Shown one piece after another: positions 1 through 11,043 of a stretch of 64,000 bases of DNA (positions are counted from its first letter, which is position 1; each line of letters opens with the position of its first letter). Position numbers and translations under genes: made by a program. The DNA comes from Marsupella aquatica (lineage: Eukaryota > Plantae > Marchantiophyta), in NCBI GenBank assembly GCA_973895155.1, contig OZ316895.1, positions 1,114,435 through 1,178,434 on the forward strand, read 5' to 3'. Under the pieces are notes generated by a model. It saw nothing but the letters and a program-made list of their open reading frames with translations, was not told the origin of the DNA and searched no databases.

Positions 1-2041
1 CACGAATTGCGTACCATTCGACAATTTACATCAAGCCGCGAACACATCTACACTTCGGGTATGAATTCAAAGGGAGTGGACAACAACTTCATTAGTTCCA
101 GTACCGATTCCTTCCTCCCAAAACGTCTTTGCCCGTACTCATCATAGATGACAAATGTCACCCCTCCCGCCACCCACTTTGACAGTGGATTGACCAGCGA
201 TTCTGAGCGTAATAGTTGTGCCCATATCAACAGAACAGCTACTCCGTCCCGGAGCCGCCCCCCGGGTCCTCTCACACCACAACTGCGCGACCGAAACACA
301 AAACGAAAGACAGGCTCCTGCCACAGCACCTCTCTTCGCAGGAAACAAGGCTGCGTGTCCGAGAATTAATCCGCCACCCTCCAACTTCCTCGACCCTTCG
401 TTCGCGGTATTCCAACGAATCTCACTCCCAACGTTGAACATGTCATTCCGCAGACAAATTCCTTTGGAATATTGCTTCCCAGGTTTCGCCCGACGAATAA
501 GTCTACGTGATGAGTCCCTCCCTCTCCCTTCCTTCCTTACTTCCTCGAGTCCCTTTTCATCAACCTACTCGCCGATGCAGGTCAAGCTGGTGCGCTTTGT
601 TTATTACAGCCCAAATCTAGCTACTCTCATAGCGTACAAATCCCGCAACTCCGTCTCGTTTTTTCTCCTCGTATTCTGTCCTTCTCCCTTCCTTTTCATC
701 GACCGCTCCGTTCTTCCCTTCTTCAACGAGCTCCGCGATCGATCCAGCCCACAATCCTTCTCAACTCGTCGACCTCCTTCGCTCTGCATTTACTACTCAA
801 TTCTTCGCTCCCTGAGTCCGCTATAGCAGTGATGCACTCTCGTTGAGAAGGAGGAGCTCGACGGAATTCTCCAGTCTCCAGAGCTACGTGACGTTGAGTC
901 AGTTCAACAATAATAGAGCGCATTGCAACGATTGACCATTTCAATTGTTTTGGCGTCCCGCTGCCCTCGCGCGTCCGCGCGTTCCGCCTTGCTCTTGGTC
1001 AGCTCGGGCACTCGGGGAGGCGGTCTATGCATGCGCGTGTGGGGCAAGCAGCGTGGGGCGCGTGGCAGGGCACGGCAAGCGGAGCTCCTGCTCCAACAAC
1101 CATGGACACCCCGGGTTAATTTGTTAAATCAACACCGGAGCTCTCTAACCTTCTTGGGGCCCTTACTCTGCCCATCACAAATCTGCCCGTCACAAATCTC
1201 AAAGACTTTGTCTGCAAACCCGCTTGAGCTTGACCGTCAATCATTGTCCTAGCAGACTCAAAATGTATTAGCCCTCAATTTGTCGACAAATGGAAAAGTT
1301 CCCTCCTTTTCAAATTTGACGCCCTTTAGGCCGCGGGACACGCCTAGCCTCGAACGCCCATATCTCCCTATGTTTTCATCCCTGGTTGTCATTCTCAGTT
1401 TTTGTCATTGTGGTCACACTTCTGGAAATACTCGATGTGCAAAACATAGCATTCTATCGTCATCACATTTTCATACGCGCGAGTGTCCTGCCCAAAGTTT
1501 ATGTGCGTAGGAGCTCTTGTTTCTTGTCCTCCCACTCTATCAACACATGTGATTCTGCCTTTTTAAACGCGAACGTATCTCGTCGGATACACTGTATTAT
1601 GAGGACTCCGCGTTACGCGGAGCCCTTTATACGGCAAGTAGTGGTTTAAGAACCATTGGTATTGTGTCCCTCCACTGTGCATATCTTTTTTTGCTTTTTC
1701 TCCAACACAGATTGTGTCAACATTGTCTTTCGTATTAGGTTCTAACCTATTTTACTAAGCGTTCTAACCTATTTTACTAAGCACGCCAGTAGTGTTGAGC
1801 ATTAATTACTTGGCACCTCTGCCCCAAGCAAGACAAGATCAGGTTGCCCGCAACGTTGCAATGCACTTTTTGCCTGGGTGGACCCTATCACTACTGAAAA
1901 GCATCGATCATGGGACAGACTCTGCCTCTGTCATCTCTTTCCATGTAAAATGTGTTAGAACAATGATGTTTATGTAGTTATTCTACCAGTCCCACACAGT
2001 TATCGGATGTGACCCTAGTTGCAATGGACATGACAAGGGGT

Positions 2042-2760
2042 ATGATTCAGGACCCACCTCCTGGCAAGTTCTCCACATTGTCAGTTGTTTGGACTCTTAA
2101 TCAAACTGTCATTTCCTTATCAAACTGTCATTCCTTGGGAACACCTGATAGACTTTAGGGATGGGGAGGGCAAAAGAGATCCTAAACTTGAGACATCATT
2201 TTACATTAGGACTTCGAAGAAATCAGAGTTTGAGAACACGAATTGGGTAGAGTATAAGATATTCTGGTGTTCTTATGGCCCACAAGAAGACAACGTCAAT
2301 CTATGTGTTCCTCCTCTCCAAGGAACACATCCAAAGTCAGGAATTGGGAGCAGGCCCCATCTATGCAAGAAGAACTTCAACAATCATGCAAAAAGGAATT
2401 GTCAATGCCACTTCATTGCAAAAAGATTCAAGATGAACCCTAACGTTGTTCACATACACTAATAGGTACAAACTACCTTGTGACTCAAAATGAACTTCTA
2501 TGAGTGACTCTATTCTTCAATTCCAGTTTGAGTTTAATTGCCTTATTGTTCTGCCACCATGTACTCTTCACATCACAATAAAATTTTTGTGATGTAGTGT
2601 GTGTTCTGGCATCAAACTTCATAATGATTGAAACTATGTGATGTTGTTATTGTTTTGTCATCAAACATCACTAACATTGTGTGGGGTTATTACTGTTCTG
2701 GTTGCAGAATCCATTGCAGCCTCAGAGGCGACATAGTGCATGGTTCTTGGGAGCATGAAA
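2042..2760 (+). pseudogene. Degenerate N-terminal fragment of a SWIM zinc-finger / MULE-transposase-derived protein
   Basis: Manual translation gives IQDPPPGKFSTLSVVWT (from 2045). A ~19-bp tandem duplication (atcaaactgtcatt...) then shifts the frame into IPWEHLIDFRDGE...EYKIFWCSYGPQED...KRNCQCHFIAKRFKMNPNVVHIH* (ORF 2085-2462). After a probable intron (gtac...tgcag, ~2467-2707) it reads IHCSLRGDIVHGSW. This motif order resembles, from memory, plant SWIM-finger/MULE-derived proteins (QDPP..F...W; YWCSFGP; KRGC.CHFIVKRL; H....G..CHG). Confidence 0.6.
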
Positions 2761-3823
2761 TGGGGCCGCCAACATGGGGGGCCAAAGTGTAGTGTTGCTC
2801 CATGGTTGACCAATCAGCTTTTGCTCATTTTCTGAGCAAATTTTGTACATGATCCTTGAGAGAGGTGACCCCAACTGAGGGGGATACAGCCATGGATGAA
2901 CCTGTAATTTGCTCTAATTTTTACTTGAATATTGTGCCTTAGATTGGATAACATTCCCGGTCTAACCTAGGGGCCAAAATCTAACAATCCCCAAACCAGG
3001 TTGGCAAAGACTCATAATCAAATCATCCCTAGAAAAGTAGAAATACAAAGAGAAAACTGAAAGAGTTGTTTATTGTTTACTATAAATGCACCATGGACGG
3101 GACTGTGGATAGATTGGCCAATCATGGAATGCAGGTAATATTGGAAGTTTTTTGTTGTTGCAAGTGCACCAAAACATACAATTTTCCTAAGTGCATCTTA
3201 CCTTCTCTAAATGACAAATAACATAAGTGCATTACCATACTATGGCCCTCCATATGAGGGCCTCAATGTCTGATAAGCACGTCCTCGTTGAAACAGGACA
3301 CTATACAAGAACATGGTTCTCTGAAGATTCGCTCTCGATGTAACAGGAGTATATTAACAGTAAAGAAGATGCTTCAAATCTTATTCCTTTACAGTTGTGT
3401 AGCACTGCCCGACCTGCCGTCAGTGATCGCCGTCAGTCCACAATGATGTATCTGACTACCCGTTGCCCTGCTGTACATCCAAGGCGATCATGGAAAGTGG
3501 TAAACCCTGATATGTGCAAACTCATTATCATTGAGCCCAATCTGGCCCATATTTATGAGTTGTTCTGTTTGTTAGCCGTGGTGACCATTGTCCGGCACTA
3601 AGCACTCCTAAGTGTGGGAATTCAATTCAAAATTTGGTATGAGCTTAGACTGAGTATGAAAATTGCTTGGAATAGGGTTGGGCTTGGGTCTTGACAAAGG
3701 GGCAATGTAGGATGGAGTTAATAGAAAAAATGCAATGTGATTTTGGGCGTAATGGAGGTCTCTACTGTTTGCGCGATGGACATATATATCTTGGTCGATG
3801 TTAGGCCTTTATGTATAGGATTA

Positions 3824-3932
3824 AGGGCTCTTCCCATCCCATAATGGGGTATAGGTTCGAGCGTATGTGGAGGCCCCATGGGCCGACGCATACGCGGAGA
3901 CCCATGCCCCATTATGGGCAGGATAAGCCCCT
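3824..3932. repeat. Imperfect ~110-bp foldback hairpin (MITE-like)
   Basis: The left arm AGGGCTCTTCCCATCCCATAATGGGGTATAGG...GCGTATG..GGCCC pairs with the right arm GGGCC...CATACGC...CCCATGCCCCATTATGGGCAGGATAAGCCCCT around a ~3-nt loop. Confidence 0.6.
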
Positions 3933-4571
3933 AGTCGACGTTAAGGTGAAAATTCAAACGGTTGATGTTGTTGTACCTAGGGCTGTACCCTAGCCGTGAA
4001 AACCTGGGAAGGCCCAGATTGGAAGGCGGCCCAATTATGAGGATTAGACGGTTTGTGTCAATTGTGTCCCAGTTGTACGCAATGTGGCCAGCTATAAGGG
4101 TGGGAAGGTGGACCAACCTGACCTCAATTTCCATAGGATTTAGTGTAGTGCATCTTGCACCTTGCATCTGCCAAGTGTGAGAGCCACTGTGGGCATTTTG
4201 GTTGCACATCTCCTTTGTATCAACGATTTGCTCTGCAGTCTCATTGTATTTTGTTTGCATCGATGATTTGCATTTCCAATGTTTTATGGAGGATTTGGAG
4301 GTCACGTTGCCGTCTCATTGCTTGTAGCTGATTCAGAGGTCTCGTTGCCATCTTGTTGCCAGTGTGGATTTCAGTGGAGGATTCAGAGGTCTCTCTACAG
4401 GTCTCGTTGCAAGTGTGGATTACAATTGACTCCGTGTCGACATGGAGCTTCACAGATCACACAATTAGCTTGAGTCAGCTCTCCACTCTCTTGTTGCCAA
4501 GCCCTTCCACTACTGCTCGTGGAGAATCTGATGATCTTGCCCTTTGCCCTTGAATGCTTACTTAATTATAT

Positions 4572-5754
4572 ATGGCTCATCCATCGTTTAGTATTGGTAT
4601 GTCAAAGCTGAAGAGTATTTCAGACGCAGAGGAGGACAAAAAGTGCAACATTCCTGCGATGAGCAATACTATGGTGAATATTGATAATCAATGTGAGGCA
4701 GAGTTGCTGAAACAGAATGACACACTTGATTCGTTACATGTGGACGAGCATCCAAAGAAGGGCCCTCTTGTGATTACAGTCCCTGGTCATGTGCCTGTCG
4801 AATTTCATGAGGGGGATCCAAATTTTCAGGAGACCATTGCCAAGGGTGGTTCAAATCCAAGCACTACTATCGATCGTTGGGCAATGAACAGACTTAATCA
4901 ATTTTGAGAGTTTAAGGGTTGGGACTGTAGTGTATGCTTTGAGGATCTCCCTTCACATGAGTGCAACACGATGCTAACCAAATTCTTTGAGCAGATTTGT
5001 AAAAAGGACGGGACTCTATATATCCAACTCAGACGCTAATGGGATTATACCGTGCTTTCCATAGAGTTTGAGGCATAGACAAGAGGTCAGAGCAGGCAAG
5101 ATGAACCAATTTTCCACATGCGCAAGAGTCCAGTGTTCAAATAAGTTAGCTTGCGTTTTAGCCATGGAGCGATAAAAGAGGAACAGTGCAAATTTGCCTC
5201 AAAAGAAGGTGTCTATAATTTTGTTGGCTAATGAGGCCATGATCCTGGCCCACTCCTACACTGCTGCCATTCACCCTCGAGGCCTTCAATGTCATGCAAT
5301 TCACTTCTTGTTGTTTTGCTTTGCCATTTGAGGAGGCATAAAATTGCATCTGCTTGCTAAGAGTGACTTTGTTGTGAACTCTAATGATAATGAGCGTTAT
5401 GTGACATATGACGAGCGACTCTCAAAGAATTATAAATTTGGTCTAGAATGTTATCAGGATGAGCATTTTCGACCAGCTATTACAAGCTACAATGTTGAGA
5501 TGGTTTAGACAATGGAGAGTCTAATATCTCACTTGCCTCTTGGTGGATTGCTTTTGTTCTATCGGTGTATTGATGGTCCATGTATGCATGCTTGGTACTC
5601 AACTCAACGTGTTTCGGTGAAGAAATTGAGTGGGATTGTGAAAGAGATTCATTGAGAGTGTGGTTTGCTAACAAATAAGGTAGAACTACTTGTGTGACAC
5701 GCCTGGCTACAGAGGGAGTACCCTCGCCTATTGGTATCCTGGCAGACAGGCTAG
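4572..5754 (+). mobile_element. Crypton-like (DUF3504 tyrosine recombinase) DNA transposon relic, pseudogenised
   Basis: Translation across stops and frameshifts gives STTIDRWAMNRLNQF*...LTKFFEQICKKDGTLY/PTQTLMGLYRAFHRV...HPRGLQCHAIHFLLFCFAI*GG...LAKSDF...YVTYDERLSKNYKFGL...LISHLP...WYSTQRVSVKKLSGIVKEI..ECGLLTNK/GRTTCVTRLATEGVP..IG..TG. These blocks are colinear with the DUF3504/Crypton recombinase motif series. Confidence 0.72.
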
Positions 5755-7915
5755 CAAGACTTAGTTTGTGACTGAAACTTAGTCATTTGTACAAAATTAT
5801 TTTACAAATAGGGAGAGTTTAGTATGTGGAAACTAGATATGACCAATTGGCCTAGAGTTCAATAAAACTCTTCTAAGTGTTCCCAAGGACATAGCCTTTG
5901 GTACGTGAGACAAATCCCATACTCTTGTGTGTCATCTATTTGTGTGTTCATTAAATGTTGCACATCTGCATATATGTTTCCTATGGAGAGGTCATTTGGG
6001 GTATGGCACGCATGACACGAAACAGGAAACAGGTTTACTGGTACCAGCAAAATTTTTTCTATTATCAACAAAAAGTCATTGTTACCAGAAAAAATGAAAC
6101 ATATTTCATAAAAAGTCTCATTTTCCAAAAAAACTTAAAATGCAATATTTTTTGGCTAGCTTTGGGCGCTAATATTACCAGCACCGAGTGCTAGCAAAAA
6201 ACAAGTCAACAAAAAAAACAAACTTTTTTCCTCAATTTTTTCCACTCATTTTCTTGTTACTAGTTTATGTATCCTATTATTGTCTATTGTTTCCTGTCGT
6301 TTGTAAATACCTCATCATTTGCTCAACATGTTATTCTTGTAAAGCAAATTGTAGTCTTTAACACTCATTACAGGTGCAGATTTTATCTTAGAGGGAATAG
6401 AAAGAAACTAATGGGCCCCCACAATCTTGTAATACCACCCTTATAGTAGTAAGCCGTACAAGACAGTTCAAAAAATGACCCTCAAGGCTCAATCTTCAAC
6501 GAGTTCATGCCAGATGTTGTCCAGACCAAGCACATAGTTGCCTCCGTCAGTAGTAACACAAATCCAGCCCAACAACCCAAACCCTACAACTTTACAGCCT
6601 CTACGTCTCTACCACTGCAAACGCAAAATTATCCTGGCAATCCCATGATTGGTGTCAAAGCAAAAATAGCCCATGATATCCAAAACACCCAAAAACATTT
6701 GTCATCCAAAACACCAAAAAGTTGAATCTAAATAGTTGAAGAATTTAAAAATTTGAATATAAATTGAAACTTTCTCCTAAAGGTAGAAGGGAGTGAGAGC
6801 ACAATCCAACAGCCTATATTTGTATGTAATGGCTATTGTTAACCTTGTAATTATTGTTAGGAGGGTTAGTGTTAGTTTGCTTTGGCCAGATTTAAATTTA
6901 GCGGAGGCAATAAATGAATCATTTTTAGTATTGCTGGTGTCATTTTGCAATCCCTGGGATAACGAATCTCTGAATCACTTTAGGTTTGGACAGACATACC
7001 ATCTTTCTTGTTTTGCTGATATAAAAATGCAGCTAAGTAAAAAATAAAAAATAAAAAATAAAAAATAAATAAAAAATGCAGCTAAGTAATGATCAAAGCA
7101 ACAAGAAACAGGATCTATTGTGATCATTCAAACCCAATATCCCGTGTACATGATAGCCATTAGGAATATCCCTCATACAAAAAATGATGAATTTACCATC
7201 CTCCTTTCTACATATTTCTATGCAAACCTTGGTTAATCCATGCATTAGGGTTTTGGTTTAGGCTAACCCATATTTAGCATCATGGGTATATCATGGTCCC
7301 AAAGCAAGTAGCAGAGTACCAGTTGCTCAATCCCTCTATTGCTCCTCCCATAATGAATTTACAGCGTGAGGTGCCTTTGATATAAACTCTGTATGTGAAA
7401 TCATTTTAGTACATTCCCATTGGCAGACTACTCTTGCAACTGTATCTTTACAGCTGATCCCAAGTTCAGTCAATATGAGGAGCCAACCTTTTAGTCTCAA
7501 AATGAAGAGGCAAGGAATTCTGTGCAATGGGAAAACAATAGGCAGAGAACTAATACTTGCTAAGCATAGTTTGGCTGTATTTAATTACAGCATCTCCAAT
7601 AGTTTAGCACCTTTTGACTGCTACCGCAAATGTTTGCAGCGGACACATGAATTTGGTATAGACTACAGGTTAATAATCTGCAACTATCCGTTTCTGGAGG
7701 TCCTTGCTATTTCTATAATCTATTGCCCAGAAACTCATGATTGGTAACTTTTTTCCGCATTGCATTTACATAATACAAAGACAATCTGGGTTGCGGTTCT
7801 AATTTGAACCCTGTTCCCAAAATGCTAAGAAAACCCTCTTGGTTACCGCTAATCATTGTTTTTCACTTTCTGGTCACAGGGTTATAACCTATTAACCCCT
7901 GGCTTGCCCAGACTG

Positions 7916-8054
7916 TCATTATCCTACACATATGGCGAGCCAGAATAGGAAATAGCCATCCCAATGGCAAATCCTGAAATGAGTCCCTGGATCGTATCAT
8001 TATCCTACACATATGGCGAGCCAGAATTAGAAATAGCCATCTCAATGGCAAATC
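7916..8054. repeat. Tandem duplication, 81-bp period, 2 copies
   Basis: tcattatcctacacatatggcgagccagaat..gaaatagccatc.caatggcaaatc begins at 7916 and again at 7997. Confidence 0.85.
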
Positions 8055-8106
8055 ACCAGTACCCCCTACATCCATAAACATTCAGGGAGATGAGTCCCTG
8101 GATAGC

Positions 8107-8530
8107 CATTAATGATTGTCAGACTCGTCTGCCCATCCCCTGCCCAAAAATCCGGAAAACCAGCATTTTTTCCTTAGTGTAAGTAGCTTTGTTACAGGTG
8201 ATTTGAATTTCAGTTTGTGCGAAAAGGCTCGGGTTGGTAGGGATTTGAGCATTAATGATTGTTGGACTCGTCTGCCCGTCTGCTGCCCAAAAATCTGGAA
8301 AACCACCAATTTTCCCTTAGTGTAACTGTTTTTGTTACAAGTGATTTGAACTTCAGTTTGTGTGAAAAGGCTCAGGTTTGCGATTTGAACATTAATGATT
8401 GTCAGACTTGTCTGCCTGTCCGCTGCCCAAAAATCTGGAAAATCACCATTTTTACCTCAGTGTAACTAGCTTTGTTACAGGTGATTTGAACTCCAGTTTG
8501 TGTGAAAAGGCTCAGGTTTTGAGGGATTTG
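8107..8530. repeat. Tandem repeat, ~140-143-bp unit, 3 copies
   Basis: Units starting cattaatgattgt..gact.gtctgcc begin at 8107, 8250 and 8390. Each contains gtgatttgaa...cagtttgtg.gaaaaggctc. Confidence 0.9.
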
Positions 8531-9208
8531 GAATTCACACCTCTGCCTCCCAGCTTGAATGGTCTACAATCGGGCCAGAGCCTGCTAGGATGAGAGGACC
8601 GACTCATTTTTGGGTTTTAACCTCTTATTATAGCATGTTCATCCTGGAACATGCCTCTTTTTTTTGTCTTGTAGTGGTATGTAATTTATTTTATGATAAA
8701 AGAAGTAGGTACGTGTAAAGTATATGCCAATAAATTAATATCTGTTAATTAAGAGTGAATGACATAACACACAAAAACATTAGGACACATGCAAAGAAAA
8801 TCACATTATGACCAAGAAAGTACAAAGGTATTAAAGAATTGTGCACATATGGTACATATTTCACTTGCTTCTAGGTAATAACAATAAACTCAATTAAAAC
8901 CATAACTTTTGTAAAGAAAATCACAAGGGGAACTTAGTACACCAAATGTGCACATTTTACAAATTTCATTTCTCACACTCTCAAGAGAAAAAAGAGAATT
9001 CACTAAGGAGTGATTGAAAAGGAGAGATTAAACCTTTATGAGGGGAGCCAAATACATTCAAAATACTCCAAATTCACTAAAATTAAAAGGGGTCCAAAAG
9101 GTAATTCAAATCAAACTAATACAAATGATTCACCTTATTAAGGACATTAAAATCAACATACTTAACACAAAATATGAATACGACAAAATCTGAAAGGTGG
9201 ATTCACCG

Positions 9209-9327
9209 TATAGCAGCTTCATAAAGACTTATTATCGTTCACATTTCAGGCAGCATCGGCTGGCAGCTATAGCAGCTTCATAAAGACTTACTATCATTCA
9301 CATTTCAGGCAGCATCGGGTGGCAGCG
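9209..9327. repeat. Tandem duplication, ~59 bp x2
   Basis: tatagcagcttcataaagactta.tatc.ttcacatttcaggcagcatcgg.tggcagc occurs twice in succession. Confidence 0.85.
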
Positions 9328-9466
9328 GGTATGGAAAGTAACCAGGGACTCATAGCTCTGAATCCATAAACTATAGTTGACCTGGTAATAAGGGATGCCC
9401 TTATGACTTCCCATTGTATGTGCCCGCCCCCCCCCCCCCCCCCGCCCCCACAATCCATGTATCTGA

Positions 9467-9825
9467 GGGCGACTTTACAAGACATGCGCGACTATTTGAG
9501 TGCTTTCTACCAGGGTTGTAACAGAGCCCGACTTTTTGTGTACAGTAGGACTCTAGACCAGACCAAAGCAGAAATGATGATAAAATCCTAGGAGAAAACG
9601 GCCTGCCCATTTTTGCACCTCCGGAGGTCCAATAGTCTAGTGCCAGGATGAGCTGGCCCAAGCTAATCCATACCAGAATGTAAGTTCGGTCTTTCCCGCA
9701 GCTCAACTTGCCGTGCCAGTTTTCTAAAGCAAGGAGCGCCCGGGCAGGCTAAAACAACGGTCCTGATTGATTCGAAAGTGAAAAAAGATGGACTAAATTG
9801 CCAAGCCCCTCTTGTAAAGTGACCC
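9467..9825. mobile_element. Tourist/PIF-Harbinger-like MITE
   Basis: TIRs GGGCGACTTTACAAGA / TCTTGTAAAGTGACCC are flanked by the 3-bp duplication TGA (9464-66, 9826-28). The same TIR family occurs at 45563-46100 and 36788-36803. Confidence 0.75.
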
Positions 9826-10056
9826 TGAGGGTGTCTAGAAAATGAGTCTGCGACCCGTTTGAGGGTCAATGGAACAGGACTGTGTGAGGTCGTTTCGAAT
9901 GTAGAAGGTAAAATGTTACGTGACACAGAAGTGTGTCATGGGAGAAAATTTACGGTACAGATCCATCCCATGCGAGATAGGAAATGTCATCGTAGAAATG
10001 ACGTACAGAGCCATGCCCATCCAAGCTTTAGACGTCCCAAGGGAAAGGCATGTAGG

Positions 10057-10065
10057 AAACCCTAA
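10057..10065 (+). promoter_or_regulatory. Telo-box (AAACCCTAA) upstream of the ribosomal protein gene
   Basis: Exact AAACCCTAA about 180 bp upstream of the RPL39 ATG, followed by a pyrimidine tract (~10099-10126). Telo-boxes are characteristic of plant ribosomal-protein promoters. Confidence 0.65.
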
Positions 10066-10244
10066 ACCAGCCGACGGATTCTGCAGGTCTTTCTTTTTGG
10101 GTAGCTCTCCGAATCAACCTCCCTTTTCTCACGTACGTTTTTCCTCGTCGAGAGCTCGTCGTCGGAGCTTCGTTGCCGGTCGTCCTTAGCCTAACGGCTG
10201 CATAGCTTCTGCTCCAGGGCCCGAGTGTTACAACAGCAGCAGCC

Positions 10245-11043
10245 ATGGTTTGTGCTCTAACTCATCGTTTAAATTTCTTTTCGATTCGAATGAGTGAGTG
10301 ATTGCGTGAGTATGTTTTGAAGGGTCGGGCCTTTTCGGCTGTAGTATTGGGATGCTTGATCTTCCCCGTCTTCTTCGTTCAATTTCCTTTACTCCAAATT
10401 CGTTTGTGTTGCTGAGTGAGACTCTTCAAGCTGTAAGGAAATGAAGCGTACTGTTGCCAGACCCACGAACACGAGCTTGCCTTGTTTTAGGAATGATTGA
10501 ATGCATGTTTTTGACAAGGTGTATCGTCTTGAAATCCACCAATTCAAGGCTCCTGTTTCTGACCTCGACGGAAAGTTGTGTAATGTTTGTTCGGGGAACT
10601 TCGATTAGGGTTCATCTGCGTCTGTAATGATGAGTATGTTTTACATGTTTGGCATGTGTGTTTTTGCAGCCTTCTCAAAAGACCTTCCGGATCAAGAAGA
10701 AGCTCGCCAAGAAGCTGAGGCAGAATCGGCCTATTCCCCACTGGATCCGGATGCGGACTGACAATACCATCAGGTTTGTGATCTTCCACTTTTTTCTCTG
10801 CGAATGAGACGGACTGGCCTGTGTCATAGCACACATCTAATTCCGCAGTCGACTGGTTTGGTGTGCCAAGGACTGATCGAAAGCAGGAGTTCCGAGTCCT
10901 GGGGTCCCTGAGGTTGCGCCTCTGATCCAGGGACCGATATGGAGGGTGATTGATGCGGGTAGCAGTGTTTCTGACATTTCCTTTTTCTCTGCAGGTACAA
11001 CGCCAAGCGTAGGCATTGGCGCAGGACCAAGCTCGGCTTGTAG
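10245..11043 (+). CDS. RPL39: 60S ribosomal protein L39 (eL39), 51 aa, 3 exons
   Basis: Exons 10245-10247 (ATG only), 10670-10773 and 10995-11043 with GT..AG introns give [51 protein letters not shown]. The protein is absent from the ORF track because the exons are short. Confidence 0.97.

Noticed and set aside
218-826. 202-aa ORF
   Set aside because: Low-complexity Ser/Pro/Phe product of a CT-rich tract with no domain motifs; more likely antisense to a UTR.
8107-8530. Repeat arrays (also 19301-19393) considered as CRISPR
   Set aside because: Whole units repeat with no unique spacers, the context is eukaryotic, and there are no cas genes.
10489-10565. Possible C/D snoRNA in RPL39 intron 1 (AGG-AATGATTGA...CTGA-CCT)
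   Set aside because: The C box is non-canonical and I could not identify a convincing rRNA/snRNA antisense element.
10870-10900. CTGATCGAAA resembling a hammerhead ribozyme core
   Set aside because: It does not match CUGANGA and there is no stem II before GAAA.
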